A DNA stretch of 64,000 bases. It comes from an uncultured candidate division Zixibacteria bacterium (GTDB taxonomy: Bacteria > Zixibacteria > MSB-5A5 > RBG-16-43-9). Made by a program: the position numbers and the translations under genes. Of the stretch, positions 9,891 to 21,249 are shown piece by piece. The notes under the pieces are model-generated. The model saw only the letters and a program-made list of their open reading frames with translations. It was not told the origin of the DNA and made no database searches. The stretch is from the NCBI GenBank assembly GCA_963713865.1, contig OY970208.1, positions 2,208,001 through 2,272,000 of the forward strand, written 5' to 3'. How positions within the stretch are numbered: the stretch's first letter is position 1; every line of letters begins with the position of its first letter.

Positions 9891-11460
9891 TCACTGGACT
9901 AACTGTATCTTAATCCTTTGACCAGCGACACCAAAGTAACCTGATCTGGAATATTTCAGTTTAAAACTCTTACTAAATATTTCCAGGTTTTTAAATTGAT
10001 AGGGAGGCTGTTCTGCAAGTTTAACCGGCTCCCCATCCAGTGAGATCGAATCTATCTCTGGAACAAAAAATACCACCTTTTTTTTCTTCACATTCCAATC
10101 GTTCTCTTCATACAAACCAGCATCATGCAGCTCCAAAAAAAGGTTGTTGTTCTTAAGAACATAAACGTCATAATGGCTGCGAAGTTCCCGTGTACCTTTA
10201 TCCATAATCCAGTTCCTGACAGAGGAAGAACGGGATCGTGATAAATTTTGGGAAGACAAATCTACTTCTATGCGATAACCCGGTTGGGATTCAAACCGCA
10301 TCAGCTCCTGATCGAATCCATCCTGATATTCCAGAATGAGCCTGTTAGTGGATACAAGTACCTTTTCGTAACCATATCTGTTTTTTGCTTTTATTAAAAG
10401 ATTTTCTAATTCCCCTTCATTTATTTTAAGATGATTTCTAAAAAGCTGGGCAGATGTGAACTCCGGACCAGCTTTTTGAGCTTCACTTTTCCAGTCGATC
10501 TTGAAGTAGTCTAACAAGAACCCCTGTGCACTTCCGACTGGATAGATTCTGTTGCGGGGCATATCCTCAGGTGAAACCGAGTTTCCTCTCATTCGCTCCT
10601 GAAAATCTTTTAGGAGATATTCAGGCATGGAAACTGAAGAAAAATCTTTCAGCAGCGAGCCTGTCAAATTATCGAGTGACGATCTGTATTTCAGCTGCTT
10701 CATAAGAGCAATGCTCTTAAGCTCCACATATTTGGCCGTTCCCTCATTGATCTCCTGCCCCTGCTCATATCTTGCCACAAAAGGTTCGCTTTGCTTCCAG
10801 CGCTGATCTCGAACCGCCACAAACTGCTTTACATATTCACGGCATTTATTTTCATCATCCGCCTTCGCCATCTTTAATGCATCCATCAACGATTTCATCT
10901 CCAGATAAGCAAGCGCTGTATTCTCCGCATCTTGAACCGGATATTTTTCTTCCCGCTCCCAGGGGATTTCACCAAAAGCAGGATGTTTACCATATTGTTG
11001 ATATTCATGAAAGTTCTCGTGAACCAAAAATGCGAAAAGCTCTACTGCAGATTTCTCAGTATAAGGAACTGCTGCCACATCCACTGTATCAATAGCAAGG
11101 TCAAAAGCAAGCTGTCCGGCTAAATCTTTATACTTCCCCGGATGAAATTGCACGTTCGTTCCAAGGTCAGGCCAATCTGCTGGATAAGATGTGAAACCTT
11201 CTGTTTCCTTTGAGTAGTTGAACAGGAGCACCCATTTTTCGGGCATATAAAAGATAAATGGTCTCTGGTCAAAGTTAAACCCGGGCCAGAACAGAGTCCG
11301 GGAACTGCTTGAACAATTGAATAACGTCTTCGCAGACTTTTAAAGCGGTATAGTCATTATCAGATAACTTGTCAATTTTAAAATCCTCCGTCAAAAGAGG
11401 TGAATAAATAAACAAAATGTATAAAAAAGCAACCAATGAGAATCTGATAATTTTTTTCAT
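9891..11460 (-). CDS. Exported hypothetical protein with HExxH motif (putative zinc peptidase), split by a +1 frameshift at 11290-11291
   Basis: Signal-like MKKIIRFSLVAFLYILF. Removing one T gives ...PDSVWPGFNFDQRPFIFYMPEKW. Contains VHENFH and a downstream NEGTA. Confidence 0.7.
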
Positions 11461-11589
11461 TGTTATTTCGATAAACCTGTAATGATTTTTTTCGTAGTGC
11501 GACCCTTTCAGGGTCGCTGAAACCAAGTTGAAAGCTTTTTTAGCAAGGCTGAAGCCTTGCCCAACGCTCTTCAATCTGTTAAAGAGATT

Positions 11590-12840
11590 CTAAAACTGTT
11601 CTAAACTCCGTTTTATAATATCCCGACTCTCCTGGATTTGCGTTTCATTGATAACCAGGGGAGGAGCGAAGCGAATAATATCGTTATGAGTAGGTTTTGC
11701 CAGTAATCCGTTTTCAGCCAACTTCAGACAAACATCCCAAGCGGTTTTGGTCTCACCCTTTACGGTAATTGGTTCAATTACCAACGCATTAAGCAATCCC
11801 TTACCGCGAACGGTTTTGATCAAAGGAGAATTGAGTTTCATCAGCCCCTCTCTGAAAATCTTCCCCATTTTAGAAGCATTCTCTGCTAGATTTTCTTCAA
11901 TTAAGATTTCGATAGCCTCCATCGCAATCCGGCAGGCTAAAGGATTCCCACCAAAAGTAGAGCCGTGCTGACCTGGTTTAATGTTTAACATAATTTCGTC
12001 ATCAGCTAAAACAGCAGAAACAGGCATAAAACCACCAGATAAGGCTTTGCCCAGAATTAAAATATCCGGTCTAATATCTTCATACTCACAACAGAGCATT
12101 TTGCCAGTCCGACATAGACCGGTTTGAATTTCATCCGCAATCAAAAGGACACCAGTTTCTGTGCAAATTTTTCGACAGGTTTTAAGGTAACCATCTTCAG
12201 GCACATGAACACCAGCTTCCCCCTGGATCGGCTCTACCAGAAAAGCGACTGTGTTGTTATCTATAACTGAGCGAAGCGCTTCAGGATCATCAAAAGGAAT
12301 CTTGACAAAACCAGGAGTAAAAGGACCATAACCACCATAGCTTTCCGGATCAGTTGAAAAACCAACGATGGTGATAGTCCGTCCATGAAAGTTGTTTTCA
12401 CAGATGATAATCTTTGCCTGATTGGAAAGCACTCTCTTTTTATCATAACCCCAGCGTCGGGCTAACTTGAGAGCAGTTTCAACCGCCTCAGCTCCGGAAT
12501 TCATCGGGAGTAATTTATCATAGCCGAATAGCTTGGTCATCTTCTCTTCATAGGGTCCAAGCCAGTTATTGTAAAAAGCGCGAGAGGTTAAAGTCAAAAT
12601 GCCGGCTTGCTCCTGGATGATTTTCACCAAACGCGGATGGCAGTGCCCCTGATTTACCGCCGAGTAAGCCGAAAGGAAATCATAATAACGTTTCCCCTCA
12701 GGACTAAAAAGATATACCCCCTCGCCCTTAGCCAGAACCACCGGAAGCGGATGGTAGTTGTGTGCGCCATACTTATTTTCAAGCTCCATAGCTTCTTGAG
12801 AAGTAATATTTGCATATTTCAACTGTTTTGACTTTGCCAT
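11590..12840 (-). CDS. rocD: Ornithine aminotransferase
   Basis: [33 protein letters not shown] and ILGKALSGG (PLP Lys). Confidence 0.95.
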   Translation of the reverse strand: MAKSKQLKYANITSQEAMELENKYGAHNYHPLPVVLAKGEGVYLFSPEGKRYYDFLSAYSAVNQGHCHPRLVKIIQEQAGILTLTSRAFYNNWLGPYEEKMTKLFGYDKLLPMNSGAEAVETALKLARRWGYDKKRVLSNQAKIIICENNFHGRTITIVGFSTDPESYGGYGPFTPGFVKIPFDDPEALRSVIDNNTVAFLVEPIQGEAGVHVPEDGYLKTCRKICTETGVLLIADEIQTGLCRTGKMLCCEYEDIRPDILILGKALSGGFMPVSAVLADDEIMLNIKPGQHGSTFGGNPLACRIAMEAIEILIEENLAENASKMGKIFREGLMKLNSPLIKTVRGKGLLNALVIEPITVKGETKTAWDVCLKLAENGLLAKPTHNDIIRFAPPLVINETQIQESRDIIKRSLEQF

Positions 12841-12981
12841 CTTACTTTCCTCCTGTTGTCAGATTCAAATAACCTGGTTTTATCGTAATGCGACTCCGCA
12901 CTTCGTCAGGCATAAAGCCCGACGCTACATTATTCGTGACCGTCATCCACCTAAGGTGGATTGACCTGCCTGAAATTTTTT

Positions 12982-13034
12982 GTAGGGGCGAGGTTACCTC
13001 GCCCCGGGTTTGGGCAGGGGAACCCACCCCTACA
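12982..13034. repeat. Paired GTAG-type REP element
   Basis: gtaggggcgaggttacctcgcccc...ggcaggggaacccacccctaca. Confidence 0.8.
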
Positions 13035-13107
13035 ATTATATTACCGCAAGGCTAATGCCTTGTCCTACACTTTTTCACTTGCCTTTGAACTTTTGAACAA
13101 TTGAACT

Positions 13108-14052
13108 TTAAACTATTATTCTGGTACCTGCTTTCCTTTTGACCGAATCATAAGCTTTGGGAATCGAAGTGATGATAACCTCTTTGCCACCTGATTCTAA
13201 GAATTGAATTGCAGATTCGATTTTAGGACCCATACTCCCTTCTGGAAAATGCCCTTCTTTTAGATATTTTTTAGCCTCCTCTAAAGTCATCTTATCCAGC
13301 TCTTTTTGATTAGGTGTGCCATAATTCAAAGCTACTTTCTCCACTTCAGTCAAAATCAAGAGTAACTCTGCACCTATGTCCCGGGCTAAGACAGCTGAGG
13401 CTCTATCCTTATCGATAACCGCATCCAACCCTTCCAGGGTTCCATCCTCTCGTCTGAACACTGGGACTCCACCACCGCCTGCTGCTATAACTATGAACCC
13501 TTTTTCTACTAAACTTTTAATAGAATCCTTCTCCACTATCTCTAAGGGAATGGGTGAGGGTACTACCCTTCTCCAACCTCTATTTGCATCCTTTTTTACA
13601 ATCCAGCTTCGCTCTTTTGCAAAATTTTCAGCTTCTTTTTTAGTATAAAATTGTCCTACAAATTTCGAAGGATTTTTTGTAGAAGTATCCTCTTTATTTA
13701 CAACAACCTGAGTGACCATAGTAGCAACTTCACGGTGAATATTCTCCTGCTTTAATTTATTTCTCAGGCATTGTTCGATCATATAACCCATTCCACCCTC
13801 AGTATCCGCCACACAGATATATATGGGAAGATAAGGTGCTTTCCCGCGGGCTAATTCTACCCGGTAAATGACATTCCCTACCTGTGGACCATTCCCGTGA
13901 GTAATAGCTAAATTAAAACCATCTTTTATCAGTTCAACTACACCGGATAAACTCTGGGTCGTATTTCTGAACTGGTTTTCAATGGTATCCTCTTGCTCTT
14001 TTCGGGTAATCGCATTCCCGCCCAGAGCCACAACTGCAGTTTTTCTTCTCAT
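13108..14052 (-). CDS. arcC: Carbamate kinase
   Basis: VALGGNA, THGNGPQVG, WRRVVPSP, AVIDKD and GSMGPKI. Confidence 0.95.
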   Translation of the reverse strand: MRRKTAVVALGGNAITRKEQEDTIENQFRNTTQSLSGVVELIKDGFNLAITHGNGPQVGNVIYRVELARGKAPYLPIYICVADTEGGMGYMIEQCLRNKLKQENIHREVATMVTQVVVNKEDTSTKNPSKFVGQFYTKKEAENFAKERSWIVKKDANRGWRRVVPSPIPLEIVEKDSIKSLVEKGFIVIAAGGGGVPVFRREDGTLEGLDAVIDKDRASAVLARDIGAELLLILTEVEKVALNYGTPNQKELDKMTLEEAKKYLKEGHFPEGSMGPKIESAIQFLESGGKEVIITSIPKAYDSVKRKAGTRIIV

Positions 14053-14075
14053 TTTATAACCTGATTACGAATTTC

Positions 14076-14177
14076 GTAGGGACGAGGTTTCCTCGCCCTC
14101 TTCTTATAATGGATTGGGAGCGGGGGAAGCCCGCCCCTATAAAATACTCAATGGGCAGAACAATGTTCTGTCCCTAC
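14076..14177. repeat. Cluster of GTAG-type REP palindromes
   Basis: gtagggacgaggtttcctcgccc; gggagcgggggaagcccgcccc; gggcagaacaatgttctgtccctac. Confidence 0.75.
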
Positions 14178-14201
14178 ACCCTGTCTCCTATCTACTCTCA
14201 A

Positions 14202-15527
14202 CTACCTACTATCTTTTACAAATTTACCCAATACTTCTCTCAGATCCGGCTTGCCAATCTCCTGTAATTCGTATCTAACCCTGACCGAAGGTTTATTTAT
14301 TTTTAGAATCCTGCCCAAATCTATCGGAGTAGCAATTACCACTGCATCGCACTTTACTGAATTTATCACCCTCTGCAATTCACCTATTTGCTTTTTACTA
14401 TACCCCATGGCCGGAAGGAGTGTGCCAATATGTGGATATTTTCTATAGACCTCTTTTAATGACCCCACAGCATAAGGTCTGGGATCGATTATCTCCTTAG
14501 CACCAAATTTCTCCGCGGCTACAATTCCGGCTCCGAAGCTCATCTCGCCATGAGTTAAAGTGGGTCCATCCTCTATCACTAAAACTTCCTTATCTCTAAT
14601 AAGCTCAGGTTTATCTAAGAAGATAGGGGAAGCCGCTTCGATGATTATCCCTTTTGGATTTGCATCTTTGATATTCTGTCTGACCTCTTCGATATTCTCC
14701 AGGCTGGCTGAATCGATTTTGTTAATCACCAAAACATCTGCAGAGATCAGATTGCTCTCCCCCGGGAAATAGGTGATCTCATCCCCGGGCCTTAAAGGAT
14801 CGAGTACCGTTATATACAGGTCAGGAAAATAGAAAGGTAAATCGTTATTCCCTCCATCCCAAACTAAGATATCTGCTTCCTTTTCAGCTTCTCTTAATAT
14901 TATCCCATAATCCACGCCTGCATAAACAATGTTACCTCTCTCAATATGAGGCTCATACTCTTCCCTTTCTTCAATCGTGCATTTATATTTATCTAAGTCA
15001 GAGATTTTTGAGAACCTCTGGCAGACCTGCTCAGACAAATTACCATAGGGCATAGGATGACGAATCACTGCTGTTTTTTTGCCATACTCTTTTAAGATTT
15101 CACAAACCTTACGGGTGGTCTGACTTTTTCCACTACCCGTACGGGCGGCACATACTGCTATAACCGGCTTCTTTGACTTAAGCATAGTGCTTTTTTTACC
15201 AAGGAGCCCAAAATCTGCACCTGCGGATATAACCTGAGAAGCTTTATGCATAATATATTCATACGAGACGTCACTGTAGGAAAAAACCGCTTCGTCGATC
15301 TTATGTTTTTTGATAAGCCCCATCAGATTTTCCTCGGACCAGATAGGAATCCCTTTGGAGTACAATTTGCCGGCTAATTTCGGGGGATATTTTCGACCCT
15401 CGATATCTGGAATTTGAGTAGCGGTGAAAGCCACTACCTCATACTGAGAATTATCCCGGTAAACCAAATTGAAATTATGAAAATCCCTTCCTGCTGCTCC
15501 CATTATAAGAACTTTTCTCTTACTCAT
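14202..15527 (-). CDS. arcE: P-loop NTPase of the cyclic-2,3-DPG-synthetase-like family; probable arginine synthetase (ArcE-type)
   Basis: MGAAGRDFHNFN, RTGSGKS, RHPMPYG, CTIEEREEYEPHI, WDGGNND and EDGPTLTHG. Lies directly upstream of arcC and rocD. Confidence 0.75.
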   Translation of the reverse strand: MSKRKVLIMGAAGRDFHNFNLVYRDNSQYEVVAFTATQIPDIEGRKYPPKLAGKLYSKGIPIWSEENLMGLIKKHKIDEAVFSYSDVSYEYIMHKASQVISAGADFGLLGKKSTMLKSKKPVIAVCAARTGSGKSQTTRKVCEILKEYGKKTAVIRHPMPYGNLSEQVCQRFSKISDLDKYKCTIEEREEYEPHIERGNIVYAGVDYGIILREAEKEADILVWDGGNNDLPFYFPDLYITVLDPLRPGDEITYFPGESNLISADVLVINKIDSASLENIEEVRQNIKDANPKGIIIEAASPIFLDKPELIRDKEVLVIEDGPTLTHGEMSFGAGIVAAEKFGAKEIIDPRPYAVGSLKEVYRKYPHIGTLLPAMGYSKKQIGELQRVINSVKCDAVVIATPIDLGRILKINKPSVRVRYELQEIGKPDLREVLGKFVKDSR

Positions 15528-15624
15528 AAACTCCCTTTGTTACTGATTCGCACTCGGTATATAAATTTTTAGGGGTGGGCAAATTGCCCACCCTCTTTTT
15601 TAAAACTCGAAAATTTAAAAACTT

Positions 15625-17118
15625 CTACTGTACGTCGATCTGCGCTTTTTGAAGCTTTCCACTGAAGTCAATATAAATAGCTTTCCATTCGGAAAAAACA
15701 TCTAAAGCCGCCACGCCTGCTTCTCTATGTCCATTTCCAGTCTGATTGGTTCCACCGAATGGTAGATGCACTTCTGCTCCAATGGTAGAAGCATTCACAT
15801 AGAATATTCCGGTATAAACATCCCTCATCGCTACAAAAGCTTTATTCACATCCTGAGTATAAATCGAAGCAGAAAGACCATAGATCGTTCCGTTGCAGAT
15901 CTCAATTGCCTGCTCTAAACTATCACAGGGTATAACCGATACAACCGGCCCGAAAATCTCCTCCTGGGCAATCCTCATCTTGGAATCGACCTCTCCGAAA
16001 ATAGTTGGTTCATGGAAATATCCATACTGATAGTTACCAGAGGCCAATCTGTTCCCTCCACACATAAGTTTAGCACCTTCATCTTTTCCTATTTTTACAT
16101 ATTCCATTACCGTATTGAGCTGACCCTCGTTAATTGAAGGTCCCATCTCTACTGAGGAATCAAGGCCATTGCCCACTATCAGAGTCTTAGCCCGTGCCAC
16201 GAATCTATCGATGAATTCTTTATAAACTTTTCTATGAACAATCACCCTGGAGGCGGCAGTACATCTCTGTCCTGTTGTTCCGAACCCTCCCCAGACCGCA
16301 CCCTCAACTGCTAAATCTATCTTGGCATCGTCCATCACCATAATCCCGTTCTTGCCACCCATCTCCAGATGGACATGTTTGAAGCTTGGAGCACAGACCT
16401 CAGATACGGTCCTGCCAATCTCGGTTGAGCCAGTAAAAGTGACCAATTTGACATCTGATGATTTCATCAAAGGCATTCCCACTTCTGAGCCGGAGCCGGT
16501 GATTAAATTTACCACTCCTTTAGGTATCCCGGCTTCCTCACAGGCTTTAACTAAATTATAGGCCGATAGAGGAGTATCAGTTGCAGGTTTGAAAACCACG
16601 GTATTACCGAGGACCAAAGCTGGCATAAGTTTCCAGGAAGGGATTGCCATTGGAAAATTCCAGGGGGTTATAAGAGCGCATACTCCCATCGGTTGACGGA
16701 TTGACATATTAAACTTATTGGGAAGCTCAGAAGGGGTTGTTTGTCCGAACTGTCTTCTCCCTTCACCTGCCATATAATAGGTCATATCAATCGCTTCCTG
16801 AACATCACCTCTGGTTTCCTTCAATACTTTCCCCATCTCCTGGGTCATCTGCTTGGCAAAATCTTCTTTTCTTCTTACCAGGAGCTCACCCAATCTGAAT
16901 AACATCTCAGCCCTTTTTGGAGCAGGGACTAACCTCCATTTCTTATGGGCTTCTTTAGCTGAATCGATAGCTCTTTTTACATCTTGTTCATTCGACTTCT
17001 GGAAAATACCTAATACCTCTCTGGTATCAGCTGGATTTCTGTTCTCAAAGGTTCTCTTGGTAACAGAATCCACCCATTCACCGTTTATATAATTTTTGTA
17101 AATTTTAGGTTCAGGCAT
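15625..17118 (-). CDS. NAD(P)-dependent aldehyde dehydrogenase
   Basis: [28 protein letters not shown] and EEIFGPV. Confidence 0.93.
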   Translation of the reverse strand: MPEPKIYKNYINGEWVDSVTKRTFENRNPADTREVLGIFQKSNEQDVKRAIDSAKEAHKKWRLVPAPKRAEMLFRLGELLVRRKEDFAKQMTQEMGKVLKETRGDVQEAIDMTYYMAGEGRRQFGQTTPSELPNKFNMSIRQPMGVCALITPWNFPMAIPSWKLMPALVLGNTVVFKPATDTPLSAYNLVKACEEAGIPKGVVNLITGSGSEVGMPLMKSSDVKLVTFTGSTEIGRTVSEVCAPSFKHVHLEMGGKNGIMVMDDAKIDLAVEGAVWGGFGTTGQRCTAASRVIVHRKVYKEFIDRFVARAKTLIVGNGLDSSVEMGPSINEGQLNTVMEYVKIGKDEGAKLMCGGNRLASGNYQYGYFHEPTIFGEVDSKMRIAQEEIFGPVVSVIPCDSLEQAIEICNGTIYGLSASIYTQDVNKAFVAMRDVYTGIFYVNASTIGAEVHLPFGGTNQTGNGHREAGVAALDVFSEWKAIYIDFSGKLQKAQIDVQ

Positions 17119-17147
17119 AAATGACCTCCTTCGAATTTTAGATTTTT

Positions 17148-17176
17148 AATATAGGTATTTCTACAATCTCTGTCAA
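17148..17176 (-). promoter_or_regulatory. Sigma70-type promoter of the ALDH-arcE-arcC-rocD cluster
   Basis: TTGACA-17 nt-TATATT; GGAGG RBS downstream. Confidence 0.6.
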
Positions 17177-17330
17177 CTGATTTTAATGGATTTACCCCTG
17201 CTGTCATTGCGAGGAGTTATCCCGCTCCTGGCGGGGAACGACGAAGCAATCTGTTTCTTACAGCGTAAACGAATTGCTTCGTCTCGCCTTCGGCAGACCC
17301 GCTATAACATTGACCATGTATAGACGAGCC

Positions 17331-18107
17331 TTAAGGAATATCTATATTCAGACCATCAAAAGCGAATATTAGATTCTCACAATTAAAATCTTTTGCTCTT
17401 TTAATTATCCAATCTTTTTTTCTTTCGACCTCCTCAGGAATATGGGTCATTATGGTTGATTTCACCTTTTTTCTGCCGATTAACGCTAAAAGTTCTTCTA
17501 CCTCTATATGTGTGCTTTCACAGATGAGGAGATCTATACCTTCGATTAAACTCTCGATATCATTTTTATCTGCAATATCACTGGTATAGACAATCTTTTT
17601 ATCATTAGATTCTATAAGAACACAATAGCTTTCCATTTTATTGGGAAGGCTTTCTTCTAAGATAAACTCTTTATTAGAAAAGAGATGCTGATTCAGATGA
17701 GCCTTTAAGATTATGTTTTCATCTCTAAATTCAAATCCCGGAGAAATCGGTTTGAGATCAAATCTAACTTTTAGTTTCTCTTTAAAGAGGTATAAACAAT
17801 CGAACATATTCTCAAACCAGAATAACCTTTCTTCAGGCAGATAAATACACAAATTTTCTTTTCTCTCTAAAAGGTGCATCATCTGAACCAGCATAAAGAT
17901 TCCAACCGAGTGATCTGCGTGGGTATGCGTTATAAAAACCTCTTTGATTTTATCGGGATTAACTTTATGTCGTAAAAACGCGGAGGCACATCCCTCACCT
18001 GCATCCAGGAGATATGATTTTTTCTCAGTCTCAATCAAAATCGAAGAGCAAGCCCTATCCGGTTCTGGCATACCAGAGGATGAGCCTAAGATAATTATCC
18101 TGTTCAT
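17331..18107 (-). CDS. Metallo-beta-lactamase fold hydrolase, RNase Z-like
   Basis: ILGSSSG, LLDAGEG, THTHADH, YTSD and CESTH. Confidence 0.8.
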   Translation of the reverse strand: MNRIIILGSSSGMPEPDRACSSILIETEKKSYLLDAGEGCASAFLRHKVNPDKIKEVFITHTHADHSVGIFMLVQMMHLLERKENLCIYLPEERLFWFENMFDCLYLFKEKLKVRFDLKPISPGFEFRDENIILKAHLNQHLFSNKEFILEESLPNKMESYCVLIESNDKKIVYTSDIADKNDIESLIEGIDLLICESTHIEVEELLALIGRKKVKSTIMTHIPEEVERKKDWIIKRAKDFNCENLIFAFDGLNIDIP

Positions 18108-18187
18108 AATTTGATTATTTTTTATAAACGATAAACCCACCTGCCTTAAAGGTGGATTTATTATCCCGATTTGAGGGCAAGTCGGGA

Positions 18188-19132
18188 TTACCGATTTTTA
18201 TGTGAATTTTTCTCTTGATAATATTTAACTGTTTCTTCTATCCCCTTTTCTAAGGAGTATTGTGGCGACCATCCCAAGAGTTTTTTGGCTTTGGAATAAT
18301 CTAAAACGCTTCTTTTTTGTTCTCCTGGTTTTGCTGGACCATGAATTTCTTTCTGCTTGGAGTCGGTTTTTTCCTTCAGAAGTCTAAAAATATTATTGAC
18401 ATCAGACTCTATCCCAGTCCCGATATTGAAATAATCTGACTTTGGATAATTCAGGGCTGAAAGATTAGCCTTAACCACATCTTTGACATAGACAAAATCT
18501 CTGGTCTGTTTTCCATCTCCGTTGATTATGGTTTTTTCGCCCGATAGAAGTTTTTTTGTAAAAATAGCCACAACCCCAGCCTCACCCCAGGGATTCTGCC
18601 TTGGTCCATAGACATTAGCATATCTTAAGGAGATATAATTCAATCCAAAAACCTCTTTATAGAAATAGAGATATTTCTCAATGGCAAGCTTGGCAATCCC
18701 GTAAGGGGAAAGAGGTCTTTCCGGATGTTTTTCATCAGCTGGAAAATAGTCTTGCTCTCCATAAAGAGCTCCTCCAGTTGAGGCAAAGATAACCTTTTTT
18801 GTTTTATACTTAATACAGTTACTCAATAGATTTAATGTCCCTTCAATATTAATTCTGGCATCATGAATAGGGTCCTCTACCGATTTACGCACATCTATCT
18901 GTGCCGCATGATGGCACAGAGTTTCAATCTTTTCCTTTTTGAAAATCTCTTCAATTTTTTTACTTCTTATATCCACCCTGTAGAATTTAGCCCCGGGATT
19001 GATATTTTCTCTGAAACCAGTGCTTAAGTTATCCACTATCACCACCTTATGCCCCAGAAAGACAAAGTTGTCTGCCACATTCGACCCGATAAAACCAGCC
19101 CCACCTGTAACTAAAATTTTAGCCAATTTCAC
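18188..19132 (-). CDS. NAD-dependent epimerase/dehydratase (UDP-glucose 4-epimerase-like)
   Basis: GGAGFIGS, YGIAK, RYANVYGPRQ and QTRDF. Confidence 0.9.
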   Translation of the reverse strand: MKLAKILVTGGAGFIGSNVADNFVFLGHKVVIVDNLSTGFRENINPGAKFYRVDIRSKKIEEIFKKEKIETLCHHAAQIDVRKSVEDPIHDARINIEGTLNLLSNCIKYKTKKVIFASTGGALYGEQDYFPADEKHPERPLSPYGIAKLAIEKYLYFYKEVFGLNYISLRYANVYGPRQNPWGEAGVVAIFTKKLLSGEKTIINGDGKQTRDFVYVKDVVKANLSALNYPKSDYFNIGTGIESDVNNIFRLLKEKTDSKQKEIHGPAKPGEQKRSVLDYSKAKKLLGWSPQYSLEKGIEETVKYYQEKNSHKNR

Positions 19133-19265
19133 TCCTTATTAAATATGTGAAATTTGTAACTAATAATAAAACTCAGGATTTTTAAAGTCAATGAAAAATT
19201 AGACCTGTGGGTTAGGATTCAAACCTACCCCTACAAATACCTCTATCAACCTATTAACCCTCATT

Positions 19266-20150
19266 CTATACCTTGTCCTTAACCTGGTGATATTCCTTGA
19301 ACCATGTAAACCCGAATTCTTCCATAATCTTCAGATAAATATTATTCCCCTCAGGCATAGAATCAGCACAATAATGAAGCCCGAAATAATATTGGGCAGC
19401 GTTTATGTATCCCTGTTCTGTTATCTTGTGGATACATTCCCTTGCAAATTCTTCTCCTTTAACTTTTTGGCAAACATCTTCAACCTTTTTGAGGTTTGCA
19501 TCGGTTATTTCACGTTTCCGGTCAATATGTTTTTCATCCAGTGCATCTATAAGTTCCTGGTTTTTCAGGTCATGGTATTTTTCTTGGTGAACCATTAATT
19601 TCACACCAAGCTTTTTTGCAGGTTTAGGCTTTGCTTTTGGATATCCCAGGCAAAGCAGTACCACCGGGAATACACCATCTGGCAATTTAAACAGGTCACG
19701 CAGGTCTCTAAAACACTCTAAGACCGTGCCGACATAAACCGAGCCCAATCCAAGTGAATCTGCGGCCGTACAGATATTCTGAGCACAGATTAGCGTATCC
19801 TGAAAAGAAATCCAGAAGTGCCGGAAAGAGCTGGTAGCAGTGAATGGTGCTATTTTTAGTTTAGCCCATCTTTCCAAACGATGGAAATCGATACAAAAAA
19901 GCAGATTAGTTGGAGCTTTAGCTATGAATCCCTGCTTTCCGCAAAGTTCTGCTAACTTTTGTTTTGTTTTTTCCTTTTCGATTTTTATTATGGAATAGGG
20001 CTGCAAATTCCCGCCCGAAGGCGAATGGATTCCGGCTTCAAGAATATATTGCAGGACATCTTTTGGTATTTTCTTGTCAGAAAAACTCCTGCAGCTTGCC
20101 CGCTCAAAAAGTAATTTCAAGGTTTGATTGGGGTAATCGGTTTTTTTCAT
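19266..20150 (-). CDS. Nitroreductase family protein (NfsA-like)
   Basis: RASCRSF, SPSGGNLQP, AQN...LGLGSVYVG and LCLGYP. Confidence 0.85.
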   Translation of the reverse strand: MKKTDYPNQTLKLLFERASCRSFSDKKIPKDVLQYILEAGIHSPSGGNLQPYSIIKIEKEKTKQKLAELCGKQGFIAKAPTNLLFCIDFHRLERWAKLKIAPFTATSSFRHFWISFQDTLICAQNICTAADSLGLGSVYVGTVLECFRDLRDLFKLPDGVFPVVLLCLGYPKAKPKPAKKLGVKLMVHQEKYHDLKNQELIDALDEKHIDRKREITDANLKKVEDVCQKVKGEEFARECIHKITEQGYINAAQYYFGLHYCADSMPEGNNIYLKIMEEFGFTWFKEYHQVKDKV

Positions 20151-20283
20151 AATGTTCCTTTCTCCTCGTCAATCATTCTTTAATATTTGGAATTTCAGGG
20201 AGTTGAGGGACGGGTAAGGATACTTTTGCAGGGGTTCAATCCGCCTCTGGCGGATAAACCCTGTTTACATAATTATTATCCCC

Positions 20284-20970
20284 TCAGTCACCTTTGACTA
20301 TTTCTTTCAGCTTTTCTCTATTTTTAAGGATAATCTCCTTTGAACCGGGTGCGAGAATCCCCATTTTTTTGAAACGGCTTATTACCCGAATAGCCGTCTC
20401 CACTGTTGTTCCCACGAAATCAGCCATATCCTGTCGGGTAAGTTTCAGGCTGATCTTGATCCCTTCAGGAACGTTTGAGCCATGTTTTTCCGTAAGCCCG
20501 AGCAGAAGTGCCGCTATCCTTTTCTCTACCTTTCTTGAGATCAGACTAATCATCATCTCATGTGCTTGCAGGAGTTTCTTGCCCAGAAAGATTATAACCT
20601 CTAAAGCTAAATTCTGATGATTTTTGATAAGAAAAAGCAGATCTTTTTTGGACAGGGAATATACTTTCGATCTTTCCTCAGCCCGGGCTGAAGCATATTG
20701 GGTTTCGGAGAAGATGGTTCCTCCGCCGCAGATCTCGCCTGGAGTTATAACCTCCAGCACTATCTCTCTACCCTGGGCTGAATGTTTTAAGACCTTCACC
20801 TTTCCGGTTTTTATCACATATAAGCAGGCAGCTGGCTCGCCTTCCCAGAACAGATATCCCCCTTTTTTAAACTCCTTTTCAATAAACTTCTGGCTGATTT
20901 GCAAAAGCTCATTTTCTTTTAAACTGGAGAAAAAGGGGATTTTCCTGATTATCTCTGTTTTTTTTATCAT
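20284..20970 (-). CDS. Crp/Fnr family transcriptional regulator
   Basis: cNMP-binding-like N-terminal domain and HTH LTRQDMADFVGTTVETAIR. Confidence 0.92.
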   Translation of the reverse strand: MIKKTEIIRKIPFFSSLKENELLQISQKFIEKEFKKGGYLFWEGEPAACLYVIKTGKVKVLKHSAQGREIVLEVITPGEICGGGTIFSETQYASARAEERSKVYSLSKKDLLFLIKNHQNLALEVIIFLGKKLLQAHEMMISLISRKVEKRIAALLLGLTEKHGSNVPEGIKISLKLTRQDMADFVGTTVETAIRVISRFKKMGILAPGSKEIILKNREKLKEIVKGD

Positions 20971-21249
20971 TTAAAGAAAAATAACTTTAAGCCTCGAAAT
21001 TCTTTGAAGACAATTTAACCCGCTTGCATTTCATGTCAAGGATAAAAAGTTTTTGTAATAGTTCATAAATTGTTCTTACAGAGCTGAATTTGACCCCACC
21101 CTGTCCCTCCCCTGCAGGATAGGGTCAGGGAGAGGTCAAAATCTCTGTTGGTCTGGAGGTCAACGGAGAGCATAAGAATAAAGGAAAAGAAAATAAAAGA
21201 TGATAGAACAAACTTCAAAGCTGGTATGAGCCAGTTTTTAATCAGAATT

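Noticed and set aside
12842-13027. 61-aa ORF between arcC and rocD
   Set aside because: It is built from REP palindromes and has no protein features.
14202-15527. Cyclic 2,3-diphosphoglycerate synthetase assignment
   Set aside because: No 2-phosphoglycerate kinase is nearby and the arcC/rocD context favours ArcE. Not formally excluded.
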